From: an uncultured Gemmatimonadaceae bacterium
Lineage (GTDB): Bacteria > Gemmatimonadota > Gemmatimonadetes > Gemmatimonadales > Gemmatimonadaceae
Length of the DNA stretch: 64,000 bases
NCBI GenBank assembly: GCA_963790305.1
Contig: CAWBOC010000006.1
Coordinates: 1 to 64,000 of the forward strand
Direction of reading: 5' to 3'
Of this stretch, positions 1 through 11,462 are shown one piece after another; the stretch's first letter is position 1, and each line of letters opens with the position of its first letter. The position numbers and the translations under genes are program-made. Below the pieces are notes generated by a model. The model did not search any database. It was given only the letters and a program-made list of their open reading frames with translations, and had not been told where the DNA came from.

Positions 1-64
1 AACCGTGCCGCTTAATGATCCATTAACGATCGTGAAGCGTTCGTGAAGGCTTAGAAGATGGCGA

Positions 65-1568
65 TCAGCGGGACTGCGAAAAAGGCTGGGATGAGTTCGC
101 CGAGGGGCAGTGCGTTCCTAAGGCCTTTTCAGAAAGCGATGCGCGGCGGAGCCTGAGGACTGGCGGCCGGGAGCGCCGATGACGTCGAAGATCTCGGACT
201 CCGCAAACCCGACGGCAGTGGGCTGCGCAACGAGCCGATATGGACGCCCTCGACGACCTGGACGGGACAAGCTGATTCGATCGGCGCTCGTAGCCAAGCG
301 CCCCGCCGTTATTCCGATGATCCCCCTCGAACATCGTGACGCAGACACCCATTTTTTCTGTGGCTGTCCATGGGTGTCCAACGAGACGTCAATACTGCCT
401 TCGCGAAGCCGGGAGTTGACGACCCACTCGAGCTCGGCATCTGTCTGTTCCCATGCCCACCACCACTGGCGTCGCCTCCGACCATCCGCTGTACCCGGAA
501 AATATGTTGGCGGATAGGGGCGCGCGGCCGTCGGCGGACGCGAGACGTTGATCCCCAGCAGATAGTCTCCGGGCGGCACTGCCGCGAACGCAAACTCGCC
601 GCGATCGTTGGTGAACGCGCAGGGAATTCGGGACATGGTGCTGTGGATCGTCGAGGAAGAGTCGACACCGCCGCGAAACCGGTCCCGGAATTGAGCACAC
701 CCTGCCGCGAATGCGCCCGTTGAACTCTGGCGACGGATATGCACTTTATAAGCCGCCGCGCGATCTCCCCCCCGCCGACTGCGGAGGCAGCGTGAGATGG
801 TCGGGAATAACAGGTTCGATTTTCAGCATGCCTGGAGGCACGCCCGTAATCAGGAACGTACCGTCTGCTCCTGTTGATGCCTCGTAGCGCTGGCCGTCGA
901 GCGAAATACGCAGAACGACACCGCCAAGGGGGGCTCCGAGCGCGAGTCGTCGAGATTTTCCAGCGTGAGCGAGCCATGCACGACAGTGCCGGCGTTGTTC
1001 GCAACGGCCTCGTGCAGAAAGCGCAGGTCGGCTTCCGCGGATTCCACGTCTTTTGGTGCCGCGGGAACACGATCGGGCGCGAGCGGCCCCATCGGCCGCT
1101 CCGCGTAGAAGAGATACGAGCGAGCCGGATCGAGCCGGGCTGCCCTCTGTTCCATCATGAAGAGTTCCGGCGGTTGCCACACCGCGGAACGGCACTTCGA
1201 CGAGGATTGGCGTCAGCTGAAAGATCGACCGGCGGCAGGATGCATCGCGCGAGTTCTGTTGTACTCTTCGCTCCGCCTTTATCGCTTCGGATCGCGAGGT
1301 CCTGATGGCGCCCGCCCCGATTTCGGGAGGCATCTTCAGCGCCTGGAACGCCTTGAGCTCACGCTCGGCCGCCTCCATGACGACGCGAGCTTTCTCGATT
1401 TCCTCCTCACCCGAGATGCGCCGCGTAATCGGCGCGGAGTTCACCCGGCCGACAAAATCACCTCGGCGGTCGCAAACTCGCGGCATGCCTCGGCGACGTC
1501 GTTGGCAGCGACAGGTGCTGCCATCGTCAGGATACGGCGGCGCAGTGGAGAGGGGAAAAACGTGGCAT
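65..1568 (-). CDS. Secreted protein with carboxypeptidase-regulatory-like (prealbumin-fold) domains; several frameshifts
   Basis: Joined from ORF pieces 1441-1725, 746-1753, 850-1182, 118-744 and 65-352: signal-like N-terminus (..TMAAPVAANDVAEAC..), 'YEASTGADGTFLITGVPPG', 'FTNDRGEFAFAAVPPGDYLLGIN..PYPPTYFPG'. Start estimated at ATG 1568. Confidence 0.6.
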
Positions 1569-1672
1569 GGGTCAGGCGTGTCCGACCGCAACCGTCGTGC
1601 CAGCGAGATACTCCCAATTTCCTGAGCTTGCCCTGCCGTTCTTGCCGATTGATGATCGATAATGTCGGAACG

Positions 1673-2894
1673 ATGACGAAAATGCGCAGCCGCATTCTGT
1701 TGGTATTCCTGCTGTTGACGAGCACCCGCGCCTATGCCGAGAACTGGCCGCATTGGCGAGGCCCCGAGTCCACCGGTGTGTCGACGGAAAAAGCACTCCC
1801 CGAGCGATGGAGCGATACCGAGAACGTCGCGTGGAAAGCGCCGGTGCGCGGTCTCGGAATTTCGTCGCCGATCGTGTGGGGCGATCAGGTGTTCGTGACC
1901 TCACAAATCGGGAGAAGCGCGCGGCGCGCGGGCAATCATCCGACGCTCGTGCAGGGCGGAAACCCATCTGACGCCGGCGAACGCGCGCTCGGCGGAGCGC
2001 GGCGCCGGCCGATGGAAAAGTGTCGTTCCTGGTCACCGCGCTGAATCGCGTCGATGGCCGGCAAGCTGTGGGAAGACCAGCTGCCGGCCGAAGGACGGCT
2101 GAACGACGTGCACGACAAGCACAATCTCGCGTCCTCCTAGCCCGGTCACCGATGGGCGCTCGCGTGTACGCGTGGTTCGGCACTGGGCAGATCGTGTCAC
2201 TCGACATGACCGGCAAGCTCGTGTGGTCGCGGCATCTCGGCCGCGAATTCTCGCCATTCGACATCAACTGGGGCCACAGCAGCTCCCCCACGATCTTCAA
2301 CGACTCGCTCATCCTGATTTGCTATCACGATACCGACTCGTATCTGCTCGAATCTCGACTCGGCGTCTGGCAAAACAAAGTGGCGCGTCGATCGTGGCGG
2401 CACGTTCAACTCCTACAGCACGCCCTGGTCGTGCCGTCCGGCCCCTCGACTGCGCTCGGGCAAGCGCGACGAGCTGATCGTGAATTCGAGCGAAGGTCTC
2501 AGTGGACATAACGCGACCACGGGCGAGCTCCTGTGGCACATCCAGGAGACGAATCGCTTCCCATTCCGATGGCCGTTTTTCACGACGGCACGATCTACAC
2601 GAGCCGCGGATATCGCAGCGGACCCTACATGGCGGTTCGACCGGGAGGCAAAGGCGACGTCAGCAAGAGCCACGTCGACCTGGCGCGTGGACACCGGCGC
2701 GCCGTACGTGTCGTCGCTCGTGCACTACAACGGGCTGCTGTACATGGCAGGCGACGTCGGCGTGCTCAGCGCCATCGACGCCAAATCCGGCAATCGCGTC
2801 TGGCAGGAGCGCACGGGCGGTGTGTTTACAGCCTCGCCTGTCGCGGCGGACGGAAAAATTTATCTACTGAGTGAGGATGGCCAGACGATCGTGC
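1673..2894 (+). CDS. PQQ-binding-like beta-propeller (BamB-like) secreted protein; frameshifted and 3'-truncated
   Basis: Signal peptide followed by 'ENWPHWRGP', 'WSDTENVAWKAPVRGLGISSPIVWGDQVFVT', 'WGHSSSP', 'FTASPVAADGKIYLLSEDGQTIV'. Split over several frames; family similarity ends at about 2894. Confidence 0.75.
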
Positions 2895-2913
2895 GGGGAT
2901 GGAGACGATTGTG

Positions 2914-3758
2914 CCTCATCGAGCAGCTGCAGGTAACCGAGGATGACGTTCAGCGGCGTCTTGATCTCGTGCGATGCGACGAATGAATTCCGCCTTGAGG
3001 CGATCGAGTTGGGCGAGCTGCGCCGCCATCGTGCGGAAGCTGCCCGACAGTCGACCGAATTCGTCGCGACGCTCGGGGGAGACCGAGAGTCGGTGTCCAA
3101 AGTTGCCGTCGGCAACGGCGGCCATTCCCTGTGCGAGATCATGGACCGGCCGGCTGATCGAGCGCCACAGCAGGAAGGCGATGAGGAGCGCCAGTCCAAT
3201 CGCGAGACCCAACGCGCCCGCCGCGAGGCGTTGAGCCTCCTCCGTGAGCGCGGCGGTGGCCTGAACGCGCTCGCTCGTGCGCTCGCGCAGCGATTGCTGC
3301 GCCGCGGCGATCGCACGATCGACGCTGTTGATCGCCGGCACGACGTGGCGGTTCGAGAGCGTGTCGGCCGCGCGCGTTCGTCTGGCGAGCGCCGCTTGAT
3401 ACTCGAGCGGCGCGTATCGCACGACCGCTGTGATCGCCGATCGAATTTGATCGGCCGCGTCACGAAGCTGATATCTCCGCAGTGTGTCGAGCATGCTCGA
3501 GAGCCGCGAGATCTGCAGCGCCATCGCATCCCGCGCCGGGACATTGGGAAAGAACAGCAGCGACAGCTCAGCGGTGCGGAGGTCCTCCGTGGCTGCACGC
3601 ATGCGACCCAGGAGAAGCGATGCGGCGAAGTCCCGGTCGCGGAGCGCCACCGTCTCGTCGTGCACGCGATCCAGCGACCGCAGCGTCAACCCCAGCGGCA
3701 GCAGGAGCACGACGGCGATCGCGAAGAGACCGAGCGCGAGACGGGTGCGGATGGACAC
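2914..3758 (-). CDS. Membrane HAMP-domain sensor histidine kinase, truncated after HisKA (no HATPase_c)
   Basis: Two TM helices and a HAMP domain ('SISRPVHDLAQGMAAVADGNF..RRDEFGRLSGSFRTMA'), then after a frameshift the H-box 'VASHEIKTPLNVILGYLQLLDE'; similarity stops at about 2915. Confidence 0.8.
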
Positions 3759-3760
3759 GA

Positions 3761-4231
3761 TCAGAACGGGACTCGGGCGCCGAGCATGAAATTTCGATGG
3801 TGCGAGGGACGTCGCGGCGAGGGATAGGGAATGTTGTCAGGACGACCATCCCCGCGCAAATCGTAAAGAAAGAACGCCACACCGCCCAGGAGGGTGATTT
3901 GCCCGGCGACGATCCCGGTGCGAGCCCGGCGATCGTGACGGACCGCGGCCTGGTGCAGCGCCTCCGACTCTACGTCGGTGTAGCGGCCGTCGACGACGGT
4001 GCACACCTCGGGCGCACCATCACAGCGGTCTCGCAAGCGCGCCTGCACGCGCTCGGCAGCGTCATGCTCGCTGTAGGCATAGACCCCGAGCGCGACGGTC
4101 GCCCCCGCGAACACCCACTTGGCCACGCCGGCCACCGAGCGCCAATCCCGCTCCGCGTGCGATTCCTGCGCACGGAGCGGGAGCGCGACGGCCACCAGGG
4201 CCGGGAGGAGTAGAGCGCGGACTCGGGTCAT
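3761..4231 (-). CDS. Hypothetical exported/membrane protein
   Basis: 156-aa ORF with signal-like N-terminus, two hydrophobic segments and a Cys pair; abuts both neighbours as in an operon. Confidence 0.65.
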   Translation of the reverse strand: MTRVRALLLPALVAVALPLRAQESHAERDWRSVAGVAKWVFAGATVALGVYAYSEHDAAERVQARLRDRCDGAPEVCTVVDGRYTDVESEALHQAAVRHDRRARTGIVAGQITLLGGVAFFLYDLRGDGRPDNIPYPSPRRPSHHRNFMLGARVPF

Positions 4232-5358
4232 TGGAAGCCGAAGATCTCTCCGCCGAGCGTTGCGAGTACGATCTGACGATCGAGCACGACCGGAGGGTGG
4301 CGGATCGTGCCGCCCGTCCTCCGCGTCCAGACTGCTCCGCCCGTCGCCCGTGAGATGTACATGACGTCACCGGCGACTGTTGCAACGAGTACGCCGTTAC
4401 GCAGCACGAGCGGAGTGGCGACGGTAACGCAGCTGGGCATCACGTTGCGTCGAGGCACATCGGGGGCGTGACGTGGAACACGAATCAGCGTGCAGGATCC
4501 GCCGAGCGCGAAGACGGCGTCACCGTGCACGACCGGTGATCCGGGAATCGGCTCTCCGGTTTGCACGGTCCATTGCACGGTTCCTGTGCGGAGGTGAAGG
4601 GCGGTGATGAACCCTTCGGGTGACGAGAGCACCGCCGTGCTGTCGTCGAGTAACGCCAACGGCGCAACCGTCGGAGCGGGGAGCCGGAAGGCCCCGAGGA
4701 GCGTGCCCGACTGGCGATCGAGAACGATGAGCGAATCGCGCAGGGTCGCGACCGCGACGCGAGCCGCGGTGACCAGCGGTCCTCCTCGCGACGGGCCGGT
4801 TTCTCGCCTCCACACCAGATTGCCCCGCGACGCGCCGAGCCCGAACGCTTCTCCCTTGTCGTTGACGCCGTACAGCACCGAGTCGCGCAGCGCGAGCGGT
4901 GTTGAGACGTCACCGACGGTCGTTTGCCAGAGGCGGCCCCCGTCGGTGAGCCGGAGCGCGGTAACGCGTCCACCGGTGCCCTCGGAGGCAACGAACACGC
5001 GACCGCCCGCCGCAACCGCGGCGGTCGCGAACGAGCCGTCCCCGCGCCGACGCCAGAAGGTCGCACCGCTGCGTGTGTCGATGGCGTACACCCATTGGTC
5101 GGTCGACGTAACGAGCGTGACGCGCGACGACACGGCGGGAAGGCTCGACACGCCACGACCCACCGTCGCTCGCCATACCAGCTGTGGCTCGCCGTCGATC
5201 GTCTCGCCCGCCGAGGGCGCGCGCGTGGGCGTGAGGAGATATTCACGAGCTTCGACCGGCAGGTCGCGAGGGACGTCGCGCGATGCGCCGGCGCAGGCGA
5301 CGTTGACTCCAACCAGGGTGGAAAATAGCTTGCGCGTCCACTTCCGTAACCGCCGCAA
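4228..5358 (-). CDS. PQQ-binding-like beta-propeller protein (BamB-like, possible lipoprotein)
   Basis: Repeated W-docking motifs ('AIDTRSGATFWRR', 'ALRLTDGGRLWQT', 'ALHLRTGTVQWTV'). Start uncertain (ORF open to 5376; TTG 5358 chosen). Confidence 0.8.
   Translation of the reverse strand: MRRLRKWTRKLFSTLVGVNVACAGASRDVPRDLPVEAREYLLTPTRAPSAGETIDGEPQLVWRATVGRGVSSLPAVSSRVTLVTSTDQWVYAIDTRSGATFWRRRGDGSFATAAVAAGGRVFVASEGTGGRVTALRLTDGGRLWQTTVGDVSTPLALRDSVLYGVNDKGEAFGLGASRGNLVWRRETGPSRGGPLVTAARVAVATLRDSLIVLDRQSGTLLGAFRLPAPTVAPLALLDDSTAVLSSPEGFITALHLRTGTVQWTVQTGEPIPGSPVVHGDAVFALGGSCTLIRVPRHAPDVPRRNVMPSCVTVATPLVLRNGVLVATVAGDVMYISRATGGAVWTRRTGGTIRHPPVVLDRQIVLATLGGEIFGFQ
5303..5331 (+). promoter_or_regulatory. 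Putative sigma70 promoter of asnS
   Basis: TTGACT-N17-TAGCTT, 32 nt upstream of the asnS ATG. Confidence 0.55.
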
Positions 5359-5363
5359 TATCA

Positions 5364-6666
5364 ATGACATCCTCATTCGTTCGTATCGAGGTGCTGCGTG
5401 AGCACGTCGGTCGCGTCGTCTCGGTTCGAGGCTGGGTCACGCACCTTCGCTCGTCGGGCAAGGTCGCGTTCGTCGTTCTGCGCGACGGCACCGGCGTGCT
5501 TCAATCTGTCATCGTCAAGAACGCCGTCGCGCCAGAGGTCTGGGAGCGATTTCAGCAGTTGACCGTCGAGACCTCCATCGCCGTCACTGGGGAAGTGCGC
5601 GAGGATGCGCGATCCCCTGGGGGCGTCGAGATGAGCGCAACCAGTCTCGAGATCATCGGCACCAGCCCCTCCGACTATCCCATCCAGCCGAAGGAACATG
5701 GCGTCGACTTCCTGCTCGATCACCGCCATTCTCTGGCTCCGCAGCCGGCGGCAGCGGGCCATTGCCCGCGTCCGGAACGAGATCGAGCAGGCGATCCATG
5801 ACTTCTTCTACGAGCGCGGCTTTCTTCGGGTCGACACGCCAATTCTGACGGCCGCCATTGGCGAGCGATCCGGGCTGTTCGAGACGGAGTACTTCGACGA
5901 AGGCACTGCTTTCCTCGCGCAAACTGGTCAGCTCTACGGCGAGGCCGCTGCCGCCGCCTTCGGGAAGATCTATACCTTCGGGCCGACCTTTCGCGCCGAG
6001 AAGTCGAAGACGCGCCGGCATCTCACGGAGTTCTGGATGATCGAGCCGGAGGTCGCCTGGAACGACTCCAACGACAACATGCGCCTGCAGGAGGAGTTCG
6101 TCTCCTACCTCGTGAAGCGGGCGCTCGAGCGCTCCGCCGACGATCTGAAAGAGCTGGAGCGTGACACGTCGAAGCTGGCCGCTGTCGTCCCGCCGTTCCC
6201 GCGAATCGCCTATACCGAGGCCGTCGAGATTCTCCAGCGAAAGGGAAGCTCCCTCAAATGGGGCGACGACCTCGGGGCCGAGGACGAGGCGCTCCTGGTC
6301 GAGGATCATGACCGCCCGATCTTCATCTTCAACTACCCCAAGGAGGCGAAAGCCTTCTACATGAAGGAAAACCCCGAAGATCCGCGCACGGTGCTATGCG
6401 ACGACTGTCTCGCGCCTGAAGGCTATGGGGAGATCATTGGCGGCAGCCAGCGCGAGGACGACTACGACAGGCTCGTGTCGCGCATCAAGGCCGAGGGGCT
6501 GCCGTTGGACGCGTACGGCTGGTATCTCGACCTTCGAAAGTACGGCACGTTCACGCACGCAGGGTTTGGGCTGGGGTTGGAGCGCACCGTCGCGTGGATT
6601 TGCGGAACGCCGCACATTCGGGAGTGCATCGCGTTCCCTCGGTTGATGAACAGGTTATGGCCGTAG
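5364..6666 (+). CDS. asnS: Asparagine--tRNA ligase (one frameshift near 5730)
   Basis: OB-fold '[24 protein letters not shown]', motif 2 '[24 protein letters not shown]', motif 3 '[24 protein letters not shown]'. Confidence 0.95.
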
Positions 6667-6680
6667 GGTAGCGCTCGACG

Positions 6681-7478
6681 TTACGTGCGTCGCGGGGCTT
6701 CATTCCGCTTCGCCTCGTCCCACATCGCGTCCAGCCCCTCCAGTCCGAGCTCGGACATTCGCTGTCCACGCGCTTCCGCCATCCGCTCCATCGTCTGAAA
6801 TCGGCGCGCGAACTTTTCGTTGGCGCGATCGAGGGCGAGCGACGCGTGAACGCCGGCCTTCCTGCACATGTTAACGCACGCGAACAGAAGGTCCCCAAGT
6901 TCTTCTTCCAGCGCAAGATGGCGTTCATTGAGCACCGGCACGCCGCCCGTCCCAGGTGTCACCGGATTTTCTCGAAGCTGCTCGCGAACTTCGGCCAGCT
7001 CCTCATCGACTTTTTGCGATGGCCCCTCGACATCAGGCCAGTCGAAGCCGACCCCTGCCGCGCGATCCTGCAGTCGATGTGCGCGGTGAAGCGCTGGCAA
7101 CCCGACCGGAAGCCCATCGACGATCGACGCTCGCGTAGCGGCCTTCATGTGCTCCCACGAGCCGCGCGCGCCCCCGCCGTACAGGTGGGGATGCCGGGCT
7201 CGCATCTTCGTCACCAGAGCATCCGCAACGCCGTGCGCGGTAAAGGCGCCACGCTCCTCGGCGATGATCGAGTGAAAGAGGACTTGGAGCAGGAGGTCCG
7301 CGAGCTCCTCGCGAATCTGCGCGTCGGCGCCGGCGCGAAGCGCGTCGTCGAGCTCATGTGCCTCCTCCAGCAGGTACGGACGCAGTGATGCGTGCGTCTG
7401 CGCGGCATCCCACTCGCACCGCGCTCGCAAATCGCGCATGAGCGCGAGCGCATCTTCAAGCGTCGTCTTGTCTTGCAT
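6681..7478 (-). CDS. mazG: Nucleoside triphosphate pyrophosphohydrolase MazG
   Basis: 'CEWDAAQTHASLRPYLLEEAHE', 'AAGVGFDWP', 'EEELGDLLF'; tandem MazG domains. Confidence 0.93.
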   Translation of the reverse strand: MQDKTTLEDALALMRDLRARCEWDAAQTHASLRPYLLEEAHELDDALRAGADAQIREELADLLLQVLFHSIIAEERGAFTAHGVADALVTKMRARHPHLYGGGARGSWEHMKAATRASIVDGLPVGLPALHRAHRLQDRAAGVGFDWPDVEGPSQKVDEELAEVREQLRENPVTPGTGGVPVLNERHLALEEELGDLLFACVNMCRKAGVHASLALDRANEKFARRFQTMERMAEARGQRMSELGLEGLDAMWDEAKRNEAPRRT

Positions 7479-7502
7479 GGCTCCTCCGAAGCCGGTTATA
7501 CT
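7473..7502 (+). promoter_or_regulatory. Putative sigma70 promoter of the alr operon, overlapping the mazG start codon
   Basis: TTGCAT-N18-TATACT upstream of alr ATG 7527. Confidence 0.45.
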
Positions 7503-7526
7503 ACCCGCCCGAGTCGAGACGCGTCA

Positions 7527-8609
7527 ATGCGAGCATCCGAGAAGCGCGCCTGGGTCGAAATCGATCTAGGCGCGTTGCAGCGAAATGCAGCCGCGGTCGC
7601 GCAACGGGCGCGGGCGCCGCTCCTGCCAATGATCAAGGCCGATGCGTACGGTTTGGGCGCCATTCCCGTGGCGCGCGCGCTCGAGCCGCTCGAGCCCTGG
7701 GGCTACGGCGTCGCAACCGTGCGCGAAGGGCTCGAGCTTCGCACCGCCGGTATCACGCGCCCCCTCGTCATCTTCACGCCGCTGGACGACGACGAGCTTC
7801 TCGACGCGCGCGCGGCGGGAATCATCCCCTCGCTCTCGCGTCCTGAGAGCATTGACCGGTGGCGAATCGACGGCGGCGGCGCGTGGCACCTCGCCATCGA
7901 CACCGGGATGAGCCGCGCCGGCGTGCGCTGGGACGAAGTAGGCGCGCTCCGCGACGCAATTGTCCGCTGTCCTCCGGAAGGTGCGTACACGCACTTCCAC
8001 TCCGCCGAGCGCAACGACGGATCGGTCGAGGAGCAGGAGGAACGGTTTCGCCTCGCGGTGGCGACGCTGCCAGAGCGCCCAGGGATTTTGCACGCCGAGA
8101 ATTCCGCCGCGGTGGCCAGACGCAACGGGAGCGAGTGGGACTGCGTGCGTCCCGGGATCTTTCTCTATGGCGTCGGCAGCGGGGAGGGCGCCCTCGTCGA
8201 GCCGGAGCCAGTGGTGCACCTTCGGGCGCGCGTCGTCGACCTGCGACACATTGGCGAGGGGGAGACGGTCAGCTACGACGCCACCTATCGCGCCGTGGGA
8301 GCCCGGCAGATCGCGACACTCGGGATCGGCTATGCCAATGGGTACCCGCGATCCCTCTCCAACCGCGGCTGCGCCATCCTGGGCGACCGGCGCGTCTGTG
8401 TCGCGGGCCTGGTCACGATGGACATGACGATGGTGGACGTCACCGGCGTCCCGTGCGCGTTAGGCGATGTCGCTACGGTGATCGGGCGCGACACCGCGCT
8501 CAACGTCGCGACCGTCGCTCGTGATGCCGAGATGTCTCCGTACGAGCTTCTCACACGCCTGCGCGGTCGCCTCCCGCGTGCGTATCTTGGCGTTGGCACC
8601 AGCCCGTGA
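7527..8609 (+). CDS. alr: Alanine racemase
   Basis: 'RAWVEIDLGALQRN', PLP lysine 'MIKADAYGLG', 'IDTGMSRAG', 'VRPGIFLYG', 'TMDMTMVD'. Confidence 0.95.
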   Translation: MRASEKRAWVEIDLGALQRNAAAVAQRARAPLLPMIKADAYGLGAIPVARALEPLEPWGYGVATVREGLELRTAGITRPLVIFTPLDDDELLDARAAGIIPSLSRPESIDRWRIDGGGAWHLAIDTGMSRAGVRWDEVGALRDAIVRCPPEGAYTHFHSAERNDGSVEEQEERFRLAVATLPERPGILHAENSAAVARRNGSEWDCVRPGIFLYGVGSGEGALVEPEPVVHLRARVVDLRHIGEGETVSYDATYRAVGARQIATLGIGYANGYPRSLSNRGCAILGDRRVCVAGLVTMDMTMVDVTGVPCALGDVATVIGRDTALNVATVARDAEMSPYELLTRLRGRLPRAYLGVGTSP

Positions 8610-9772
8610 AGCGTCGCGCCGTTGTGATCGTGCTCGACGGAGTGGGCGCCGGAGCGGCTTCTGACGCGGCATCCTACGGCGACGCCGGCAGTGACACGCT
8701 CGGCAACCTGGCTCTGGCCGTCGGGGGCCTCGACGTGCCGAATCTGGAGCGACTGGGGCTTGGGCGCCTCCGAGCGCTCGAGGGAGTCGCGCCGATTTCC
8801 GATCCCGCCGGCGCGTGGGGGCGCATGCGTCCCGCATCGGCCGGGAAGGACAGTACCACCGGGCACTGGGAGATCTGCGGTATTCACCTGGCCAAGCCGT
8901 TTCCCACGTACTCGAACGGCTTCCCACCGGACGTCATCGGCGAGTTCTCGCGCCGCGTGGGGCGTGGAGTGATCGGAAACGTCGTCGCCAGCGGAACCGA
9001 GGTCATCGAGCGGTTCGGCGCCGAGCACGTGCGCAGCGGAAATCTCATCGTGTATACCTCCGCCGATTCGGTCTTTCAGGTTGCGGCACACGAAGGGGTC
9101 GTTCCCCTCGAGGCGCTGTACGACGCGTGCAGGCTCGCCCGTGAGATGCTGGTCGCGCCGCACGACGTGTCGCGCGTCATCGCACGTCCCTTCGTGGGAG
9201 CCGATGGCCACTTCAGTCGCACGCCGCATCGCCGCGATTTTTCGATCGCGCCTCCGTCGGAAACGCTGCTCGATGCGCTGGCGAGCGCGGGCATTGCCCG
9301 ACGCGGCGTGGGAAAGGTCGATGACCTTTTCGCTGGCCGGTCGATCGCGGCTGAGCATACGCCCGACAATGCAGCCGGCCTCGAAGCAATCGGCCGTGCA
9401 TTGCGTGAGATGCCTAGTGGGTTCCTTTTCGCGAACCTAGTAGATTTCGACCAGCTCTGGGGGCACCGAAACGACGCAGCGGGGTTTCATGAAGCACTCC
9501 GTGCGTTCGACCGAGCCCTTCCCACGCTTCTCTCCGCCCTGCGCGAGGACGACCTGCTCTTTCTCACCGCCGATCACGGCAACGATCCAACGACGCCTTC
9601 CACCGACCATTCAAGGGAGATCGCACCGCTCCTCGTGGCGGGTGCGCGCGTGCGCCCCACTGATCTGGGGGAGCGGTCGACCTTCGCCGATCTCGGCGCG
9701 ACGGTCGGTGAATGGCTGGGCGTTGGATTCCGGGGCCGTGGGACGTCATTCCTGTCCGAGCTGCTGGCGTGA
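8606..9772 (+). CDS. deoB: Phosphopentomutase
   Basis: '[10 protein letters not shown]', '[11 protein letters not shown]', '[14 protein letters not shown]', '[18 protein letters not shown]'. Confidence 0.95.
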   Translation: MKRRAVVIVLDGVGAGAASDAASYGDAGSDTLGNLALAVGGLDVPNLERLGLGRLRALEGVAPISDPAGAWGRMRPASAGKDSTTGHWEICGIHLAKPFPTYSNGFPPDVIGEFSRRVGRGVIGNVVASGTEVIERFGAEHVRSGNLIVYTSADSVFQVAAHEGVVPLEALYDACRLAREMLVAPHDVSRVIARPFVGADGHFSRTPHRRDFSIAPPSETLLDALASAGIARRGVGKVDDLFAGRSIAAEHTPDNAAGLEAIGRALREMPSGFLFANLVDFDQLWGHRNDAAGFHEALRAFDRALPTLLSALREDDLLFLTADHGNDPTTPSTDHSREIAPLLVAGARVRPTDLGERSTFADLGATVGEWLGVGFRGRGTSFLSELLA

Positions 9773-10176
9773 CGAACGCGTCGATGGAGCTTCTGCGCGC
9801 CGCGGCCCTCGGCGCGATGATGCGCGCGTACGCGCCCTACTCGGGCTTTCGCGTTGGCGCGGCGCTCGAGGACTCGGACGGGCACGTTTATGTGGGATGT
9901 AACGTCGAGAACGCATCGTTCGGCGGTACGATCTGCGCCGAGCGTGGCGCGATCGCCGCGGCTGTGGCGGCAGGGGTCCGGTCGTTCAGTCGTATCGTCC
10001 TCGCCACCGAGGCCACCGAGCCGACGCCGCCCTGCGGGGTCTGCCGGCAGGTACTGGTGGAATTCGCGCCTGCCATCGAGGTCGTCAGCGTGACCGCCGC
10101 GGGCGAGGAAGCACGCTGGACCCTGGATGCGCTCCTCCCGTCTCCCTTCACGCCGCAATCGCTTACCCATCAATGA
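9769..10176 (+). CDS. cdd: Cytidine deaminase (tetrameric type)
   Basis: '[14 protein letters not shown]', '[17 protein letters not shown]', '[12 protein letters not shown]'. Confidence 0.95.
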   Translation: MTNASMELLRAAALGAMMRAYAPYSGFRVGAALEDSDGHVYVGCNVENASFGGTICAERGAIAAAVAAGVRSFSRIVLATEATEPTPPCGVCRQVLVEFAPAIEVVSVTAAGEEARWTLDALLPSPFTPQSLTHQ

Positions 10177-11462
10177 AGCGCGGAGTACTCGTCTTGCCTA
10201 ATCGTCTTGCCGTGCTCATTGCCGCAGTCTCGGTCGTGGTGGCCGTGGGCGCGTGCTCGGAGGACTTCACTGGCGGAGCCGCCTGCCCGGTGCTGTGTCC
10301 GGAAAGCGGGTTCGACATCATCAACGACACGCTCGAGGCCGTCGTGGTGCTGGACTCCAGCGTTCGCGGCTTCCCGCTGCCCGGCAGCGAGAATCAGCTC
10401 ACGCTGCTCCAGCGCTTCGGAAACGGCGATACCGCGATCACCGCCGGCATCGCGCGCTTCGACTTCGTTCCCCGGACCATTCCGGTAGGCACCGATTCGG
10501 TTCTCGTCGCCAAGGTGGACTCGGCCGAGCTGCGTCTATCGATCGTGAGCGGGGCGCTGGACAGTCTCAGCCGGCGCGATACCCTCAAGCGCGTTCCGGT
10601 GACGATCGAGGTATACGACGTCGACACCACGGCGTCGGACTTCGATACCGCGGCGGTGCGGGCGCGCTTTCGGCCGAGCACCCTGATCGGGTCGTACACC
10701 GTTAGGCGCGACTCCCTACCCGACAGCGTCTTCGTGCGCCTGGATACTGCGGCCATTCGCGCGCGGGTGCAGGGCGGCCGCTTGCGGGTGGGGCTTCGCA
10801 TACGATCCGACTCCTCGATGCAGGTCCCGATCGCGGCGGTCAACTTCCTCAGGTTCTGGGCGCGAGCCGGCGCAGACACGATCACGCGCTCGGTCGGTCC
10901 AGCGTCCAGCTCGACGGGCGAGGGTGGCGACCTGCCGGCGCTCGATCGGTATTTGATCGTGTTGCGAGGCACCCCCGCGCCGCCGCCTCAGGTGCTCGCG
11001 GTCGGCGGTCTCCCGGCCCAGCGCGCGTACCTCCGGCTATCGCTCCCGAGCAACCTCGTCGATTCGGTGACGGTGGTCCGGGCGACCTTGGTGCTCACGC
11101 AAGCGCCGGTGCGCGGCCGCACGGATGACACGGTGCGAACGCCTGTGCAAGCCAACGTTTCCATCGCGCGCGATCTGCTCGATGTCGGCCGCGCCGCTCT
11201 TCTCGTTCGTGCCACCCCGGGTCTATTCCAGCAGACGCGCGCTCCTCGTGACAGCGGGCTGGTTCGCTTCGAGCTCGCGGGTACCATCCCGTTCTGGCGA
11301 CTGACACCCGAGGCCGATCTTCCGCGTGTGATCGTGCTGCGCTCGGGGCGCGAGGGGGAGTTCCCGTCGGAGTTCTATTTCTACTCGAACGAGGCGCCGG
11401 CGAGCCTGCGTCCTCGTGTCGAGATCAGCTACATTCCTCGCGTCGACTTCTCCCTGCCGTGA
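10173..11462 (+). CDS. Hypothetical lipoprotein
   Basis: 429 aa with lipobox-like 'VAVGAC' and a beta-rich body; overlaps both neighbours by 4 nt. Confidence 0.7.
   Translation: MKRGVLVLPNRLAVLIAAVSVVVAVGACSEDFTGGAACPVLCPESGFDIINDTLEAVVVLDSSVRGFPLPGSENQLTLLQRFGNGDTAITAGIARFDFVPRTIPVGTDSVLVAKVDSAELRLSIVSGALDSLSRRDTLKRVPVTIEVYDVDTTASDFDTAAVRARFRPSTLIGSYTVRRDSLPDSVFVRLDTAAIRARVQGGRLRVGLRIRSDSSMQVPIAAVNFLRFWARAGADTITRSVGPASSSTGEGGDLPALDRYLIVLRGTPAPPPQVLAVGGLPAQRAYLRLSLPSNLVDSVTVVRATLVLTQAPVRGRTDDTVRTPVQANVSIARDLLDVGRAALLVRATPGLFQQTRAPRDSGLVRFELAGTIPFWRLTPEADLPRVIVLRSGREGEFPSEFYFYSNEAPASLRPRVEISYIPRVDFSLP

Noticed and set aside
12..49. TTAATG-ATC-CATTAA palindrome and CGTGAAG direct repeat at the window start
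   Set aside because: Could be an operator for a gene outside the window, but it is short, has no context and lies in the low-quality segment.
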